Positions 30,401 to 39,701 of a stretch of 64,000 nt of DNA are shown in pieces. The position numbers and the translations under genes are program-made. Under the pieces are notes generated by a model. It was not told the origin of the DNA. It made no database searches and worked only from the letters and a program-made list of their open reading frames with translations. Source of the stretch: an uncultured Planctomycetaceae bacterium (GTDB lineage Bacteria > Planctomycetota > Planctomycetia > Planctomycetales > Planctomycetaceae); assembly GCA_963976765.1 (NCBI GenBank), contig CAXBME010000010.1:124001-188000 (forward strand). Direction: 5' to 3'. Numbering within the stretch: position 1 is the stretch's first letter; every line of letters starts with the position of its first letter.

Positions 30401-30822
30401 GTGAAATCCAGCCGGACCAGGCGATTGCTCATCTGGAGACACTGGTCGACATCTGGCGGACGGCCCGTTGTTTTCCGCTGCCGTTTTTCATCGACGAGAA
30501 AGTCGTGAGGCCAGTCTATGAGCGGAAAGTCGACTTCAACGATCCGCAATCGACGAAGATGTACCTCGCGGCTGCTCGCAATGCTTTCGTTCAGGGAACG
30601 CGCAACTGGAACAGTTCAGGAAACGACCAGCCCGCGCCGGCAGATGAACCTGACGCGCGCGCAGCCTTCGCCGGTCGGCAACCGTTTGAAATGCAATGCA
30701 ACGTTGTGCCAGCGTTTGCCGAGCAAGGCGAGCGAAACCTCTTTGCCTGGCTGGCCGAAACGATTTGCGTACCGCTCACCGAGCACCTTGAAAACTTTCC
30801 CGGCTGGAAGCGTCAACAGTAG
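27406..30822 (+). CDS. recC: Exodeoxyribonuclease V gamma subunit
   Basis: LFDRYLLHRPE, PACEYWGD, HPLLASMG, IHSCHSAIREVEVLHD, MRSLPYKVICLLGMNDGLFPR, EDRHLFLEAIL, HPLQAFS. Confidence 0.93.
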   Translation: MTIDVYESTSFESLWHEFERSIASPMSSPLAVETIVVPARGWESWFSRRLANQRGCWAQFRFLLPGQWISETLENSLDADQAPNREQDALTWIIAHLLPGLLDDDAFGAVRSYLFQPEGGTDPQRLIDLSRCISDLFDRYLLHRPELIEAWNQGVDWPGCGVPTPPAAAWQRRLWQAITQDKRRRYRSVSAMADDLKTSLQPGSNHIPERLSVWLSGSVVPAHLRFLEAVGEHSNVGLYVLTPACEYWGDMYGKRQLLRKLREHSQSLRQFCTEHHVDLLHPLLASMGELSRQQQMLMVDLDSAPWRIRDVTVDTSDEDDASADEEATLLYELQTDIHLATEPERRELPRDNSVRIHSCHSAIREVEVLHDRIREALEEDPELAPEDIAVFCPDLDNYAPLIQAVFGLTRPGTGGHIPFQVAGRSARRTRPMIDAWLKVLAVFESRVSATDVLDLLNTEVIRNRVGLDLPEVEKIAEWLDDAGVRWGLDAEHRQSEDLPGTDLNTWEFGLDRLTLGYAMPPASSQIVGQVATLDRVEGLSGATLGRLWSLISRLRLWRDRIGQDRPIADWREPLGRIARDFLETELDETGYQIVLDAIDKVTTLAEAGDFDTPVSFAVAVREVTRQLDSASAASFRHGGVVFCDPGAMRSLPYKVICLLGMNDGLFPRGDRSVGFDLMRFQSVLGDNRPRDEDRHLFLEAILAASDRLIITCQGQDVRDQRPRPPSVPVQELLDVLEQTDNEERIRDTLFIRHPLQAFSPQYFNEVGNVPASFDAAALQAARRLQEQSEQAAVFAEAPLTTIVRSNGGLREAIDEPESVTIGELRTLLEKPWRLFLRRVGVGDISVAEDGQDREPLVLNRLENWQVGDVWLRQTQAGVSEEVIAQQLIRTGNIPAGSAGESVVRSLRQDAARIISAMQKAKLVTNAGALPVNLPIADIVLTGEVGDWTGEAIHRGMFSKMKPKYAARLWIDHLVATASHKQRLEPAILVDREGKYLTLGEIQPDQAIAHLETLVDIWRTARCFPLPFFIDEKVVRPVYERKVDFNDPQSTKMYLAAARNAFVQGTRNWNSSGNDQPAPADEPDARAAFAGRQPFEMQCNVVPAFAEQGERNLFAWLAETICVPLTEHLENFPGWKRQQ

Positions 30823-30874
30823 GGCGGGTACGACCACCAGATAACAACGCGGTGGTGGGCGGTGCCTACCTTAC
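30819..30874. repeat. Degenerate REPIN-like element downstream of recC
   Basis: GTAGGGCGGGTACGACCACC...GGTGGGCGGTGCCTACCTTAC; overlaps both flanking stop codons. Confidence 0.75.
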
Positions 30875-31551
30875 TGCAAACCCGGCAGCAGGTAGTTGTA
30901 CGTCACGATGAAGTGACAGGCACAGCCGGCGGTCACTAGAAGATGCCAGACGCAGTGGAAGTACGGCACTTTGGTGTCGTTACACAGGAAGTAAGTGCCG
31001 CTGAGCAGACAGGCGGCTCCGGCGGCGATCCAGGCGATTCCGGCAGGAGGGAACCACGCCATCATCACAGGTGTAGCAAGAATCGGCATGCAGCCAATTA
31101 GAACGTAAAACCAGACGGGCACCATTTGAACGCCGGTCACAAACAGCTTCAGAAAGACTCCGGTGAAGGACAGAATCCACATCGCTATCGGAATCAGAAA
31201 CCAGTAGCCCTTGTTGCAGACGGTCAGGCCGACGGGTGTGAACGCTCCCGAAATCAGCAGGAAAATCGAGACCTGATCGAGCGTGCGGAAGCTGTGTTTC
31301 CACTTGCCGCTGAGAAAGCTGTGCGACAGCGTCGAGGTCAGATACACCGCCGTAAGTGTAATGGCGTAAACGATGCAGGAAGCCGTGACGACAGGATCAC
31401 CCATCGCAACTGCCTCACGAATCAGAAATGCCGACCCGGCGACTGAAAGAGCAGTGGCGAGCGCGTGCGTGACCTGGTTCGCCCGTTCCTCATTAACGAG
31501 GCGAGCCTTGCGCGTATTGAGAGGAGCGTGAGACCAAAGCAGGCCACTCAT
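30871..31551 (-). CDS. Hemolysin III (PAQR) family membrane protein
   Basis: EERANQVTH, STLSH, LDQVSIFLLISGAFTP, HCVWHLLV. Confidence 0.92.
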   Translation of the reverse strand: MSGLLWSHAPLNTRKARLVNEERANQVTHALATALSVAGSAFLIREAVAMGDPVVTASCIVYAITLTAVYLTSTLSHSFLSGKWKHSFRTLDQVSIFLLISGAFTPVGLTVCNKGYWFLIPIAMWILSFTGVFLKLFVTGVQMVPVWFYVLIGCMPILATPVMMAWFPPAGIAWIAAGAACLLSGTYFLCNDTKVPYFHCVWHLLVTAGCACHFIVTYNYLLPGLQ

Positions 31552-31795
31552 AAAACGACGTCCTTGTCGATGCCGAACACACGTACTCAAACGTCGCGGC
31601 GTTAGTGCGTAATACCGTGTTGAAAGTCTGGAACCGGGAACGCGATCCGGCGCCGGTTTACCTCGGCATCACATCGTTTCGCTCGTCTCCGCATCCGAAG
31701 TCGATCTCAGTCGTTCTTCAGACAAAGAGACAGATAACAGATCCGGCGAAATGCCGGAACACGTGATTCGATCAGCGAGACTTGCTGATGAACGA

Positions 31796-31942
31796 TCAGG
31801 CCGCTTTGCGGAGCTGATCCAGAGCGTCCAGTGTCGCTCGGGCTTCTTCAAAACTGCCCAGTCTTTCGACAAACGACATCAGGGTTTCGAGATCCTGGTC
31901 GTCGTACTGTTCAAGCAGTTCGGCAAGTCTTTCTTCGTCCAT
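31796..31942 (-). CDS. 48-aa small helical protein (below the ORF-track cutoff)
   Basis: MDEERLAELLEQYDDQDLETLMSFVERLGSFEEARATLDALDQLRKAA; SD-like GAAGGA upstream; amphipathic pattern; fills an otherwise empty gap. Confidence 0.7.
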   Translation of the reverse strand: MDEERLAELLEQYDDQDLETLMSFVERLGSFEEARATLDALDQLRKAA

Positions 31943-32130
31943 GACAGCACATCCTTCGCAATTGGCACCGGGCGGAAACAGAGCGCTCGGCTGTTCCAGG
32001 CAGCGCTCGAAACTCTCATCGGCACCAAAGCGGCTGCCTCTTAACGTATTGACGCTTGTAGCGGTCAGGTCAGTAATCTGCGTTCTTAACGACCCGCAGA
32101 GTCAACCACGAATCCCGGGAACGTCCGATT

Positions 32131-32814
32131 TCAAACCCTGGCGTCGGTGCCGAAGTGCTGGCGGAGCTTCTGAATCGCCTTGTACTTTTCGTCGCTGATG
32201 CGTGCGGGGCTGAGTTTCAGCGACTCGGCGATGGCTGAAATTGATTCCCCGTCAGACCAGCGAGCCACGATTTCCCGCTGAGTCGGGCTGAGTCGCGAAT
32301 TCTCAGCGTTTAATACATTTTTGACCTGAGCTAACGACTCCATTTTCGCTGGCCACGGATCGCGGTCTTCTGACTGACTTTCTGCAAACTCCAATGACGA
32401 ATACCGCTTTTCACGTCGAGATCGTTGTGAAGTTGCCCAGATCGCTCGGTTCAGCTCGCGACGTTCAGGAGATTCGGCATCCTCGATCGCTATCAGTAAT
32501 TTGTCTCGATCGACTCGTTCCAGCAGCCGGGCGAAGACCTGCTGCGTGCAGTCAGACCATTCCTGGTGACCGATTCCAGCGTTCTGCCAGCTTTTCGAAC
32601 AGTATGCACGAATTTTTTTCAGAATGGTTGATTCCGAAATCTGGCTGACAGCAGCCGTTGCGGCGGCAGCCATTCCAGTCGCGGCCTGAGTGGACGATGG
32701 TTCGGCTGCCGAAGTGGCAACGACGAGAGCACAGGCTGCCAGAGAAAGCCGAATGGCAGACCTCGTATCGACGGTGTCTTTAGCAGTTTTTCCGGAGTCG
32801 GCGGGTGTCGCCAT
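32131..32814 (-). CDS. Atypical ECF-type sigma factor with hydrophobic N-terminal extension
   Basis: Region-2-like DCTQQVFARLL; region 4 LSPTQREIVARWSDGESISAIAESLKLSPARISDEKYKAIQKLR. Confidence 0.75.
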   Translation of the reverse strand: MATPADSGKTAKDTVDTRSAIRLSLAACALVVATSAAEPSSTQAATGMAAAATAAVSQISESTILKKIRAYCSKSWQNAGIGHQEWSDCTQQVFARLLERVDRDKLLIAIEDAESPERRELNRAIWATSQRSRREKRYSSLEFAESQSEDRDPWPAKMESLAQVKNVLNAENSRLSPTQREIVARWSDGESISAIAESLKLSPARISDEKYKAIQKLRQHFGTDARV

Positions 32815-33018
32815 GTGCGTTGCCCTTTGTCGAAAAACCAAGTTCACGTCTGGAGTTACAACGATTCGTACCAGACTTTCGTCCTGCTGGAAAGATCTCC
32901 CCGCATCACGATGGACGGCTCAACGCACGAATCTCGTTGAGGCATCAGGAAAAATCGTGCCGATCGACCAGGAACGAGAAGGTAGCTGTGTGCGGGCGCG
33001 CTTTTAGTCGCCGCCGAC

Positions 33019-36000
33019 TCACGCTGGCTCGACACCATTCTGATCATCATCGTCATCCGCCGCCCAGGACCATCGGATTTTGTCAGGAAGAACGGGTGGT
33101 TTGACGTCGTCACTGCTGTCCCAGCGGGCCGCCCAGACGCCCCACGGGAGCGGCGTCTGGCCAAACAGCAGACTTTCGGTTGTCAGTGTCGGCAGCAGAA
33201 AGTTTCGTGCGACAGCACGAGGGTACGGTCGAATGACCTGGTGATGCCAGAGGTTGTAAACGGCTTCTTCGGCGTATTCGCCATCAGGCCAGACAACCAG
33301 GCCTTCTTCCATGACGTCGTACGGGATTCGGCGGGGAGCGAAGCTCGCGGCGATCTGCTCGCGAACCATGTCGACGCCAGCAAGTTTGTAAAAACCGATC
33401 AAAGCAGCCAGCAGAATGTCACGCTGTGCTTCATCCAGCTTCCTGACCCAGCCTGTTTGAAGAGTGTTTGCAACGAGCCACCCGGATTGCTCTTCGAACA
33501 CCATCATCAGCGTCTCATTCGACAGACTCGGACAAGCCAGTTCGATGCGAATGTTGTTTGAAGCGAGCCGGATTCTGGCAACCGAAATTCCGTCGACGTT
33601 CCAGCCGGGCGCTTCTTTCAGGAGTTGCAGAAATTCTCGAACGACAAAATGTTCGACTGCAACGTGGACGTGGTGAAGGTGGTCGAGGTACTTGCTACGC
33701 GCGAGACTGTGTTCCTCAGGTGAACGTCGGCGATCGATCCGGCGAAGTCGAAGAAACAGTTTGGGCAGCGTCCCCGAGTGGAAGCCGGGCTTCATCAGAC
33801 GGATAAAAGTTTCACCGTGGCTGCCGACCAGAACCGGCTTCAGATTCTGTCCCCGGTTGGCCTTGTAGAGCTGCCAGTTCGATTTGAGTTCCCAGGCCAT
33901 GAAACCGAAGACGCCCGGGATCAGAAACACCGTATTGATCGCAACCGTGTCTGAATACTCACCAAACAGCGGCTGTAATAATCGACTGAGTAGCCCACCC
34001 GGCAGCCCCAGTGGCAGGATGATCTTGTGCGAAACCGTGACCACCGGAAAGTGCTTGATCGGGTTGATCTGAGGCTCGATCAGCAGGTTGACGCAAAACC
34101 GTGCGAGGAACGTGAAGGCAGCCCAGAAAACCCCCAGCAACGCCTTTGTGCCAAGTGACAGCTTGGTTTCGCCACTCTTGAATCGCAGCCACTCGTCGAC
34201 GGCATAAAGGATTCGATCGAAGCCTTCGAGCAAACGTTTGAAGAAGTCCATCACCAGATCGAACAGCGCGACCAGAATGTGAACGCGAATGCGAGTCCAG
34301 GTCGAATGCAGCCACTCCGCGCTTAACTCTTCGACATCGCGACCGACTCGCGAATTCAGGATCACGCTCATCGCACACAGGACAATCCCCCAGTTGGTCC
34401 AGGGTTGCTCGGGGATGTCATTGTAGAGCCTGGGCAGTGCCCAGCAGACAAGAGCCGTCGGAATCGATGGCCAGATCAGAAACTTCCGAATGAAGTAAAT
34501 GGCCGAACTTTTGAGCATCCGGCGCACGACGGACAGCCGCAGAAATCGAGCTGGCCACTCGTAAAACGCTCGTCGCAGGCCGCTGAAAATATAGGCGCAG
34601 GTTCTCTTCAGAAACTGTCGGAAAGGCGCGACGTGGATGGTCAGCAGCAGCAATGTACCAAGTGCAAAAACAATCAACGGCATGTTCTGCTTGACGCTTA
34701 GAATGACCGGCGACTCCGGCCCCTGAATCGTCGTTGCAATACCGGTTACCGTGTCGATGACCTCTTCCGATTCCGGCGGATCAAATAGTTCGACGATATG
34801 GACAACCGCTTCGAAGGCGAGGTACGCAACGCCGTAAGGGATAAAAATAAACCGTGTCGAAAATCGTCCGAAGATCGTCCCGAAACTGACCGCACTGAGT
34901 CTCTGCAGCCAGCGAAGATAAACATCCCCTCGCTGATAGACACCGTCCAGAACTCGACTGAGTTGGCGGTCCGCCTGAAGAAGTTTGTCGCCGAGAAAAA
35001 ACTCTTTCGGGCCGGAAAGGTCGCTGAGTTTCAGATTGCTGCGCGAAATGGCATCGCGAAGATCACCCATCGTCAGGAAGCCGCGATTGGCCACGCCGTC
35101 GAGCAGTTCTTCCACCATCTTCCCGAACGCAATTCGCTCGGGCACGTTCTGCGGTGTCAGATCGACTTCTTCCAGTGTCGATTCAACCAGCGGTCGCAGA
35201 CGGGTTCTCATCTGATGTTCGGACGAGTGCGCTGCCTCGTGCAGAAGCCGTGAAAGGCGACGACGTTCCTGTCCGGTCAGACGCGATGCAACCAGACGGC
35301 GAGTCGCGCTGCGGAGGTGTTTGGACATCAGAACTTCGCGTTGATTTGGAAGCGCTCGCTTGATGGGCCGCCGCCCGAACGACGTGACGTATCCAAGCAG
35401 GTCGACGGTGTAGATGTCCTTTTCGTGGTCAACGCAGACTTTCTGCAGGTCGTACAACAATCGCTTGTCCGGATTCCAGAATCCCTGACCGGCTTGCAGC
35501 AGCAACCCAACCAGTGACTCGTACCAGTTTCTCGCGGCTGCCTGATCGAAGTTCAGCGCGTCCTGGAGTCGGCGGACCAGGCGCTGAAGGTCCGTCAACG
35601 CACCGCTGACCGCTTCGCTGACCAGTTCCGGAGTCGCATACTTTGCCGCGTGCATCTGATGCAGCGCGGCCGCGACAGCATTGCCGCGTGCGAAAGCTTT
35701 GTCCGCTCGACGAATCAAACGCCCGAAGGTCGCCAGATTCGGACGACGAGCCGGCTCGATTTTCGGCATCACCGCATCGAGCAACGCTGGAAACTTCGCT
35801 TCGTCAGTTTCGACAGACGGCTGGGCACGGGGGACCAGCGCGGCGCCGCGACCGGTCAGCGATTCCAGTTCCTCGTCAGTTTCGTCCTCAACTTCGTCAC
35901 GGTTTGGAATCTCGGGATCAGGACTGCCATCAAGCCGCGTCGAGTGAAACAGGTCATCGATTTCCACATCCTGCTTCAGCAGACGATCGACCGCTTTAAA

Positions 36001-36630
36001 GTCTGTGAATGACGGGAAGTACGAACCCAGACAATGCGGAGCGAAATACTTGAACTCGCAGTAAACGGCCGCAAACTCAACGAACGCATGTGCTGGTGAG
36101 CTATCTGTCGGGATGAAATTTTCCCGCTTCAACATCGAGTAGATCTCATCGAATTCGACCTGCCCGATCTGGTCAATCCGCTGCCGAAAACCGGCGACCG
36201 TCAGCTCTCCATCATCCGCCAGTCGGTCGAACGCATCGTGAATCTTTGCGTGAAACAGCAGTCGCCAAACTCGAAGTTTGAGCTGCCCAAGACTCATTGA
36301 TTCCAACTGTTTTTCGTCGGGACGCGCAATCAGAATGGCTCGATCAGGCAGCTCAGCGTTGGACTCCAGGCCAAGTTCGTCCCAGTCAACGAGTCGAATG
36401 ACCGTGTTACGGGCGACGATTCGACTCTTACGGTGGGGCACCTGGATCGTCAGCGCCGGGAGATCCCATTCCTGCTTAATGACTCGACGTAACACGCGAG
36501 GCTGCACCAGGAACGCCGCCGGTTCAGCCTCACGCAAAGCGAGAATCGCCTGCTCCAGCATTGCGGCGACTGGACCACTCGTTTCCCGGTGGTCAGTGGC
36601 GGCAGCAGATTCCGATTGTGAGTCAGACAT
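33019..36630 (-). CDS. Large hypothetical polytopic membrane protein (1203 aa)
   Basis: Long ORF; helical N-half, several TM segments around aa 590-920, NLLIEPQINPIKHFPVVTVSHK block. Confidence 0.8.
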   Translation of the reverse strand: MSDSQSESAAATDHRETSGPVAAMLEQAILALREAEPAAFLVQPRVLRRVIKQEWDLPALTIQVPHRKSRIVARNTVIRLVDWDELGLESNAELPDRAILIARPDEKQLESMSLGQLKLRVWRLLFHAKIHDAFDRLADDGELTVAGFRQRIDQIGQVEFDEIYSMLKRENFIPTDSSPAHAFVEFAAVYCEFKYFAPHCLGSYFPSFTDFKAVDRLLKQDVEIDDLFHSTRLDGSPDPEIPNRDEVEDETDEELESLTGRGAALVPRAQPSVETDEAKFPALLDAVMPKIEPARRPNLATFGRLIRRADKAFARGNAVAAALHQMHAAKYATPELVSEAVSGALTDLQRLVRRLQDALNFDQAAARNWYESLVGLLLQAGQGFWNPDKRLLYDLQKVCVDHEKDIYTVDLLGYVTSFGRRPIKRALPNQREVLMSKHLRSATRRLVASRLTGQERRRLSRLLHEAAHSSEHQMRTRLRPLVESTLEEVDLTPQNVPERIAFGKMVEELLDGVANRGFLTMGDLRDAISRSNLKLSDLSGPKEFFLGDKLLQADRQLSRVLDGVYQRGDVYLRWLQRLSAVSFGTIFGRFSTRFIFIPYGVAYLAFEAVVHIVELFDPPESEEVIDTVTGIATTIQGPESPVILSVKQNMPLIVFALGTLLLLTIHVAPFRQFLKRTCAYIFSGLRRAFYEWPARFLRLSVVRRMLKSSAIYFIRKFLIWPSIPTALVCWALPRLYNDIPEQPWTNWGIVLCAMSVILNSRVGRDVEELSAEWLHSTWTRIRVHILVALFDLVMDFFKRLLEGFDRILYAVDEWLRFKSGETKLSLGTKALLGVFWAAFTFLARFCVNLLIEPQINPIKHFPVVTVSHKIILPLGLPGGLLSRLLQPLFGEYSDTVAINTVFLIPGVFGFMAWELKSNWQLYKANRGQNLKPVLVGSHGETFIRLMKPGFHSGTLPKLFLRLRRIDRRRSPEEHSLARSKYLDHLHHVHVAVEHFVVREFLQLLKEAPGWNVDGISVARIRLASNNIRIELACPSLSNETLMMVFEEQSGWLVANTLQTGWVRKLDEAQRDILLAALIGFYKLAGVDMVREQIAASFAPRRIPYDVMEEGLVVWPDGEYAEEAVYNLWHHQVIRPYPRAVARNFLLPTLTTESLLFGQTPLPWGVWAARWDSSDDVKPPVLPDKIRWSWAADDDDDQNGVEPA

Positions 36631-36701
36631 TTGACGAACAGCTTTAAATTAGCGACTTAGCAGACAGCGAATCTTGTTCGAAACATGTCGCGACACCACT
36701 G

Positions 36702-37553
36702 CTACTTCTTCGGTTGCCAGTTAATCCGAACACCAATTTCTTTCAACTCGGCGATCTGCTTGTCACGCAGAGCCGCGTCGATCGGATTACCGTCCGGATA
36801 AAGCTTCCAGTAGGGAGCGAATCGACGTTCGGCAGCAGCATCTTTCTTTGCCATTTCGATCAGTGGCGAAAAATCTTTGATCTGATTGTTCTGAAGAAAC
36901 GTGAACCGCAGATCGGTCAGACTCGACAACGGAGCGACGTCGGCAACCTGGTTGTCCCGCAGGTCCAGATTCGCCAGCCATTTGAGGCCTGCGAGCGGCT
37001 TAACGTCTTTGACTTTGTTCTTACCCAGATAAAGCGAAGACAGCTTCGTCAGATCCTTCAGAGGCTCGACCGACTCAATGGCGTTTCGCGACAGATACAG
37101 TGCTGAAAGTTTCTTCAGTTCGGCCAGCGGCTTCAGATCAACAACCTTGTTGTCTTCAAGCTGGACATACTGAAGTCTGGCGAGTTTCTCCAGCGGCTTC
37201 AGATCAGCGACTGCGTTCTTCGAAACGTCCAGAGACTGAATGCTGGTCAGATCGGAGATTGGCGACAGATCTTCAATCTCGTTTCCGGCAAAATCGATCA
37301 GCACCATGTTCGGGCATTTTTCGAGGCCCTTCAGACTCTTGATTCCTTTGCCTCGCGCAGTGACCTGGTAAACGTTCCTGAGGTCCTCTTCCTTGATCTC
37401 ATCTTTGCCCTGACGTCGCAGCACCTCTTTGATGGCTGCTTCCAGGTTCTCGTCTGGAAAGATGTTACCCGCGGTTGCCGAATGTGCTGACAGAAATGGC
37501 GCTGCGAGAAGGATCGCGACAGTAATTGAACGTCGAATGGTGCGAGTCGTCAT
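36702..37553 (-). CDS. Secreted leucine-rich repeat (internalin-like) protein
   Basis: Signal peptide, FPDENLEAAI cap, 22-aa LxxLxLxxNxIxDLxPL repeats. Confidence 0.92.
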   Translation of the reverse strand: MTTRTIRRSITVAILLAAPFLSAHSATAGNIFPDENLEAAIKEVLRRQGKDEIKEEDLRNVYQVTARGKGIKSLKGLEKCPNMVLIDFAGNEIEDLSPISDLTSIQSLDVSKNAVADLKPLEKLARLQYVQLEDNKVVDLKPLAELKKLSALYLSRNAIESVEPLKDLTKLSSLYLGKNKVKDVKPLAGLKWLANLDLRDNQVADVAPLSSLTDLRFTFLQNNQIKDFSPLIEMAKKDAAAERRFAPYWKLYPDGNPIDAALRDKQIAELKEIGVRINWQPKK

Positions 37554-37577
37554 TTGCGAAGTCCTTGTAGCTTTCAG

Positions 37578-38393
37578 TTATCTGACCGAAACGGCTTCGT
37601 CCACAACCGGGTTGGTCAATGCTCCAATCTGGTCGATTTCGATCGTGACAGAGTCGCCATCTTTCAGCAGCACTGGCGGCTTGCGAGCGGCTCCGACTCC
37701 GTGCGGCGTGCCGGTAAAGATCGCCGTCCCTGGAGCAAGCGTGGTGCTTCCACTGAGAAACTCGATCAGCGTCGGCACGTCGAAGATCATGTCGTCGGTG
37801 TTCCAGTCCTGCATGGTCTCGCCATTGAGGATTGTCCGAATGCCCAGCGAGTTGGGATTGGGAATTTCGTCGGCGGTAACCAGGCACGGTCCCATTGGAG
37901 CGAACGTGGCGAAGGTCTTGCCTCGACACCACTGACTGCCGCCCTTCTTAAGTTGCCAGTCTCGCGCGCTGACATCGTTACCGCAGGTATAGCCCAGGAC
38001 GTAATCCAGGGCGTTCTCTTTGGAAACGTTGTGACATTCTTTGCCGATGATCACGACAAGTTCGCATTCATAGTCGACGGCGTCGCTGCGAAGTTGTCGC
38101 GGCAGCACGATCGGATCGTTCGGATTCTGAATGGCCGAACTGGTCTTCATGAAGAGGACCGGGTATTCGGGTATGTCGTTCTTTCCCTCAGCCGCGTGAC
38201 GGCGATAGTTCAGACCGATGCAGAGAATGTCTGCCGGAGTCGTCGGCGCGAGCAACTTGCTGACCGTGGCTCCTGTGCCGGTGTCGCTGAATTCGCCGAA
38301 GATGTCTCCTTCGATCAGCGTGGTGGAACCATCGTCGTGCTGACTGCCGAACTGAACATGGCCGGATTCGTCCAGAAATCTGACGAGTTTCAT
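37578..38393 (-). CDS. Fumarylacetoacetate hydrolase family protein
   Basis: CIGLNYRRH, DYECEL, NDVSARDWQ, GKTFATFAPMGP, TGTPHGVG. Confidence 0.95.
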   Translation of the reverse strand: MKLVRFLDESGHVQFGSQHDDGSTTLIEGDIFGEFSDTGTGATVSKLLAPTTPADILCIGLNYRRHAAEGKNDIPEYPVLFMKTSSAIQNPNDPIVLPRQLRSDAVDYECELVVIIGKECHNVSKENALDYVLGYTCGNDVSARDWQLKKGGSQWCRGKTFATFAPMGPCLVTADEIPNPNSLGIRTILNGETMQDWNTDDMIFDVPTLIEFLSGSTTLAPGTAIFTGTPHGVGAARKPPVLLKDGDSVTIEIDQIGALTNPVVDEAVSVR

Positions 38394-38612
38394 AGTGTGT
38401 ACCTTGTGTCGTGAAATGGCTGCCGGGTCTCAGATTGGGTTTTTATCGGAACCAGCATCGTCTTCCCACAGTCCAACGACTTTGCAGGTCAGATTCGAGA
38501 TTCGCCTTTTTCGCTTAATTTTGTTGAAGATGTCGAAATTCGAGGTTAGTTTCTCGACCGTCTTTGAAAACATACGAATTCATGGCCGATCGCCTGTGCC
38601 GGGAGAAAGACC

Positions 38613-39701
38613 GTGCGTCACATCCTTTCAACGTTCACTGCCCTCTGTGTTGTTGCAACCTGTTCCACCGTTTCCGCTCAATCGCGAGTCTGGCGAGACG
38701 TTTACGGTAACGTCAGCACCGGAACATTTCAGAGATTTACCAAGGATAAAAAAGGGGAACCCGGAAGCGATCGCGTCGTCGTCCGAACTGGCGGTCGAGT
38801 CGTTGGCTTGAAATTCTGGGAGCTGATGCCGGACAGCCAGCAGTTTGTCATCGATCAACTGAGTGGTGACCCCGACGGCGACCACCTTGAAATCACAGAC
38901 GTGCCACACGACTGGACCAGCCGATCTGGAGTCAAAGGAACCGGTCAGTTTCTGAAAGTCGAGAAGGACGGCCAGATCGCCGTTGTGATTGCATCCGAGA
39001 AAAAGCTGTTTAAGTTCGAAGAGTTTTCAGATCCCGATCAGGACTACATCCGATCGGTCCTCGCGCGAAGCGGCAAGGAAGACCTCGTCCCTGCAAAACC
39101 CGACGCTCCCGACTCACCAACCGGTACGCCGCCTTCGACTCCCGGTTCGCCGTTCACTCCGCCGCCGGGTTTTCCAACTCCTCCAACGATAAGTATTCCG
39201 GGGCAGCCGAACTTTCCGTCGTCGCCACCGCCCGGCTTCGGTGCACCGAACCCCACGTTCCCCGACTCGTCTGCTCCTTCATCGACCAACATCGGCGGAG
39301 GAGGATCGTTCACAACAAGTCTGCCTCCTTCGATTCCTTCGCCGTCCGTTCCAGACGCGACCTCAAGTATGCCGGAAATGTCGACACCTGATGTCAGCAA
39401 TTTTCAGCCTCCCAGCCATCAGATGCCTGACTTTCCAACGCCGAATGTCCCAACCTTCGAAGAAGTGTATTCCTGCAGCCAGTGTGGAAAAGATGTCACT
39501 AAAGAAGCGACTCGCTGCCCGCACTGCAACGTCAGCTTTGACTATGTTGAGGACGAGTTTGGCAACAAGACAAACATTCCCGGCAGCAGTTCATCCACCA
39601 GCTTGAGCGGTCGCGGCCTGCGAGGTGTCATTAAACTCGGAGTCTTCATCGCGATCGGCGTCGGCGGATTCTTCATTAAACTTTTCACTGGCCGTTCATG
39701 A
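38613..39701 (+). CDS. Exported protein with two SHD1-like domains, Pro/Ser linker, Zn ribbon and C-terminal TM
   Basis: RVWRDVYG.. and HDWTSRSG...FSDPDQDYI repeats; CSQC..CPHC; hydrophobic tail. Confidence 0.75.
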   Translation: MRHILSTFTALCVVATCSTVSAQSRVWRDVYGNVSTGTFQRFTKDKKGEPGSDRVVVRTGGRVVGLKFWELMPDSQQFVIDQLSGDPDGDHLEITDVPHDWTSRSGVKGTGQFLKVEKDGQIAVVIASEKKLFKFEEFSDPDQDYIRSVLARSGKEDLVPAKPDAPDSPTGTPPSTPGSPFTPPPGFPTPPTISIPGQPNFPSSPPPGFGAPNPTFPDSSAPSSTNIGGGGSFTTSLPPSIPSPSVPDATSSMPEMSTPDVSNFQPPSHQMPDFPTPNVPTFEEVYSCSQCGKDVTKEATRCPHCNVSFDYVEDEFGNKTNIPGSSSSTSLSGRGLRGVIKLGVFIAIGVGGFFIKLFTGRS

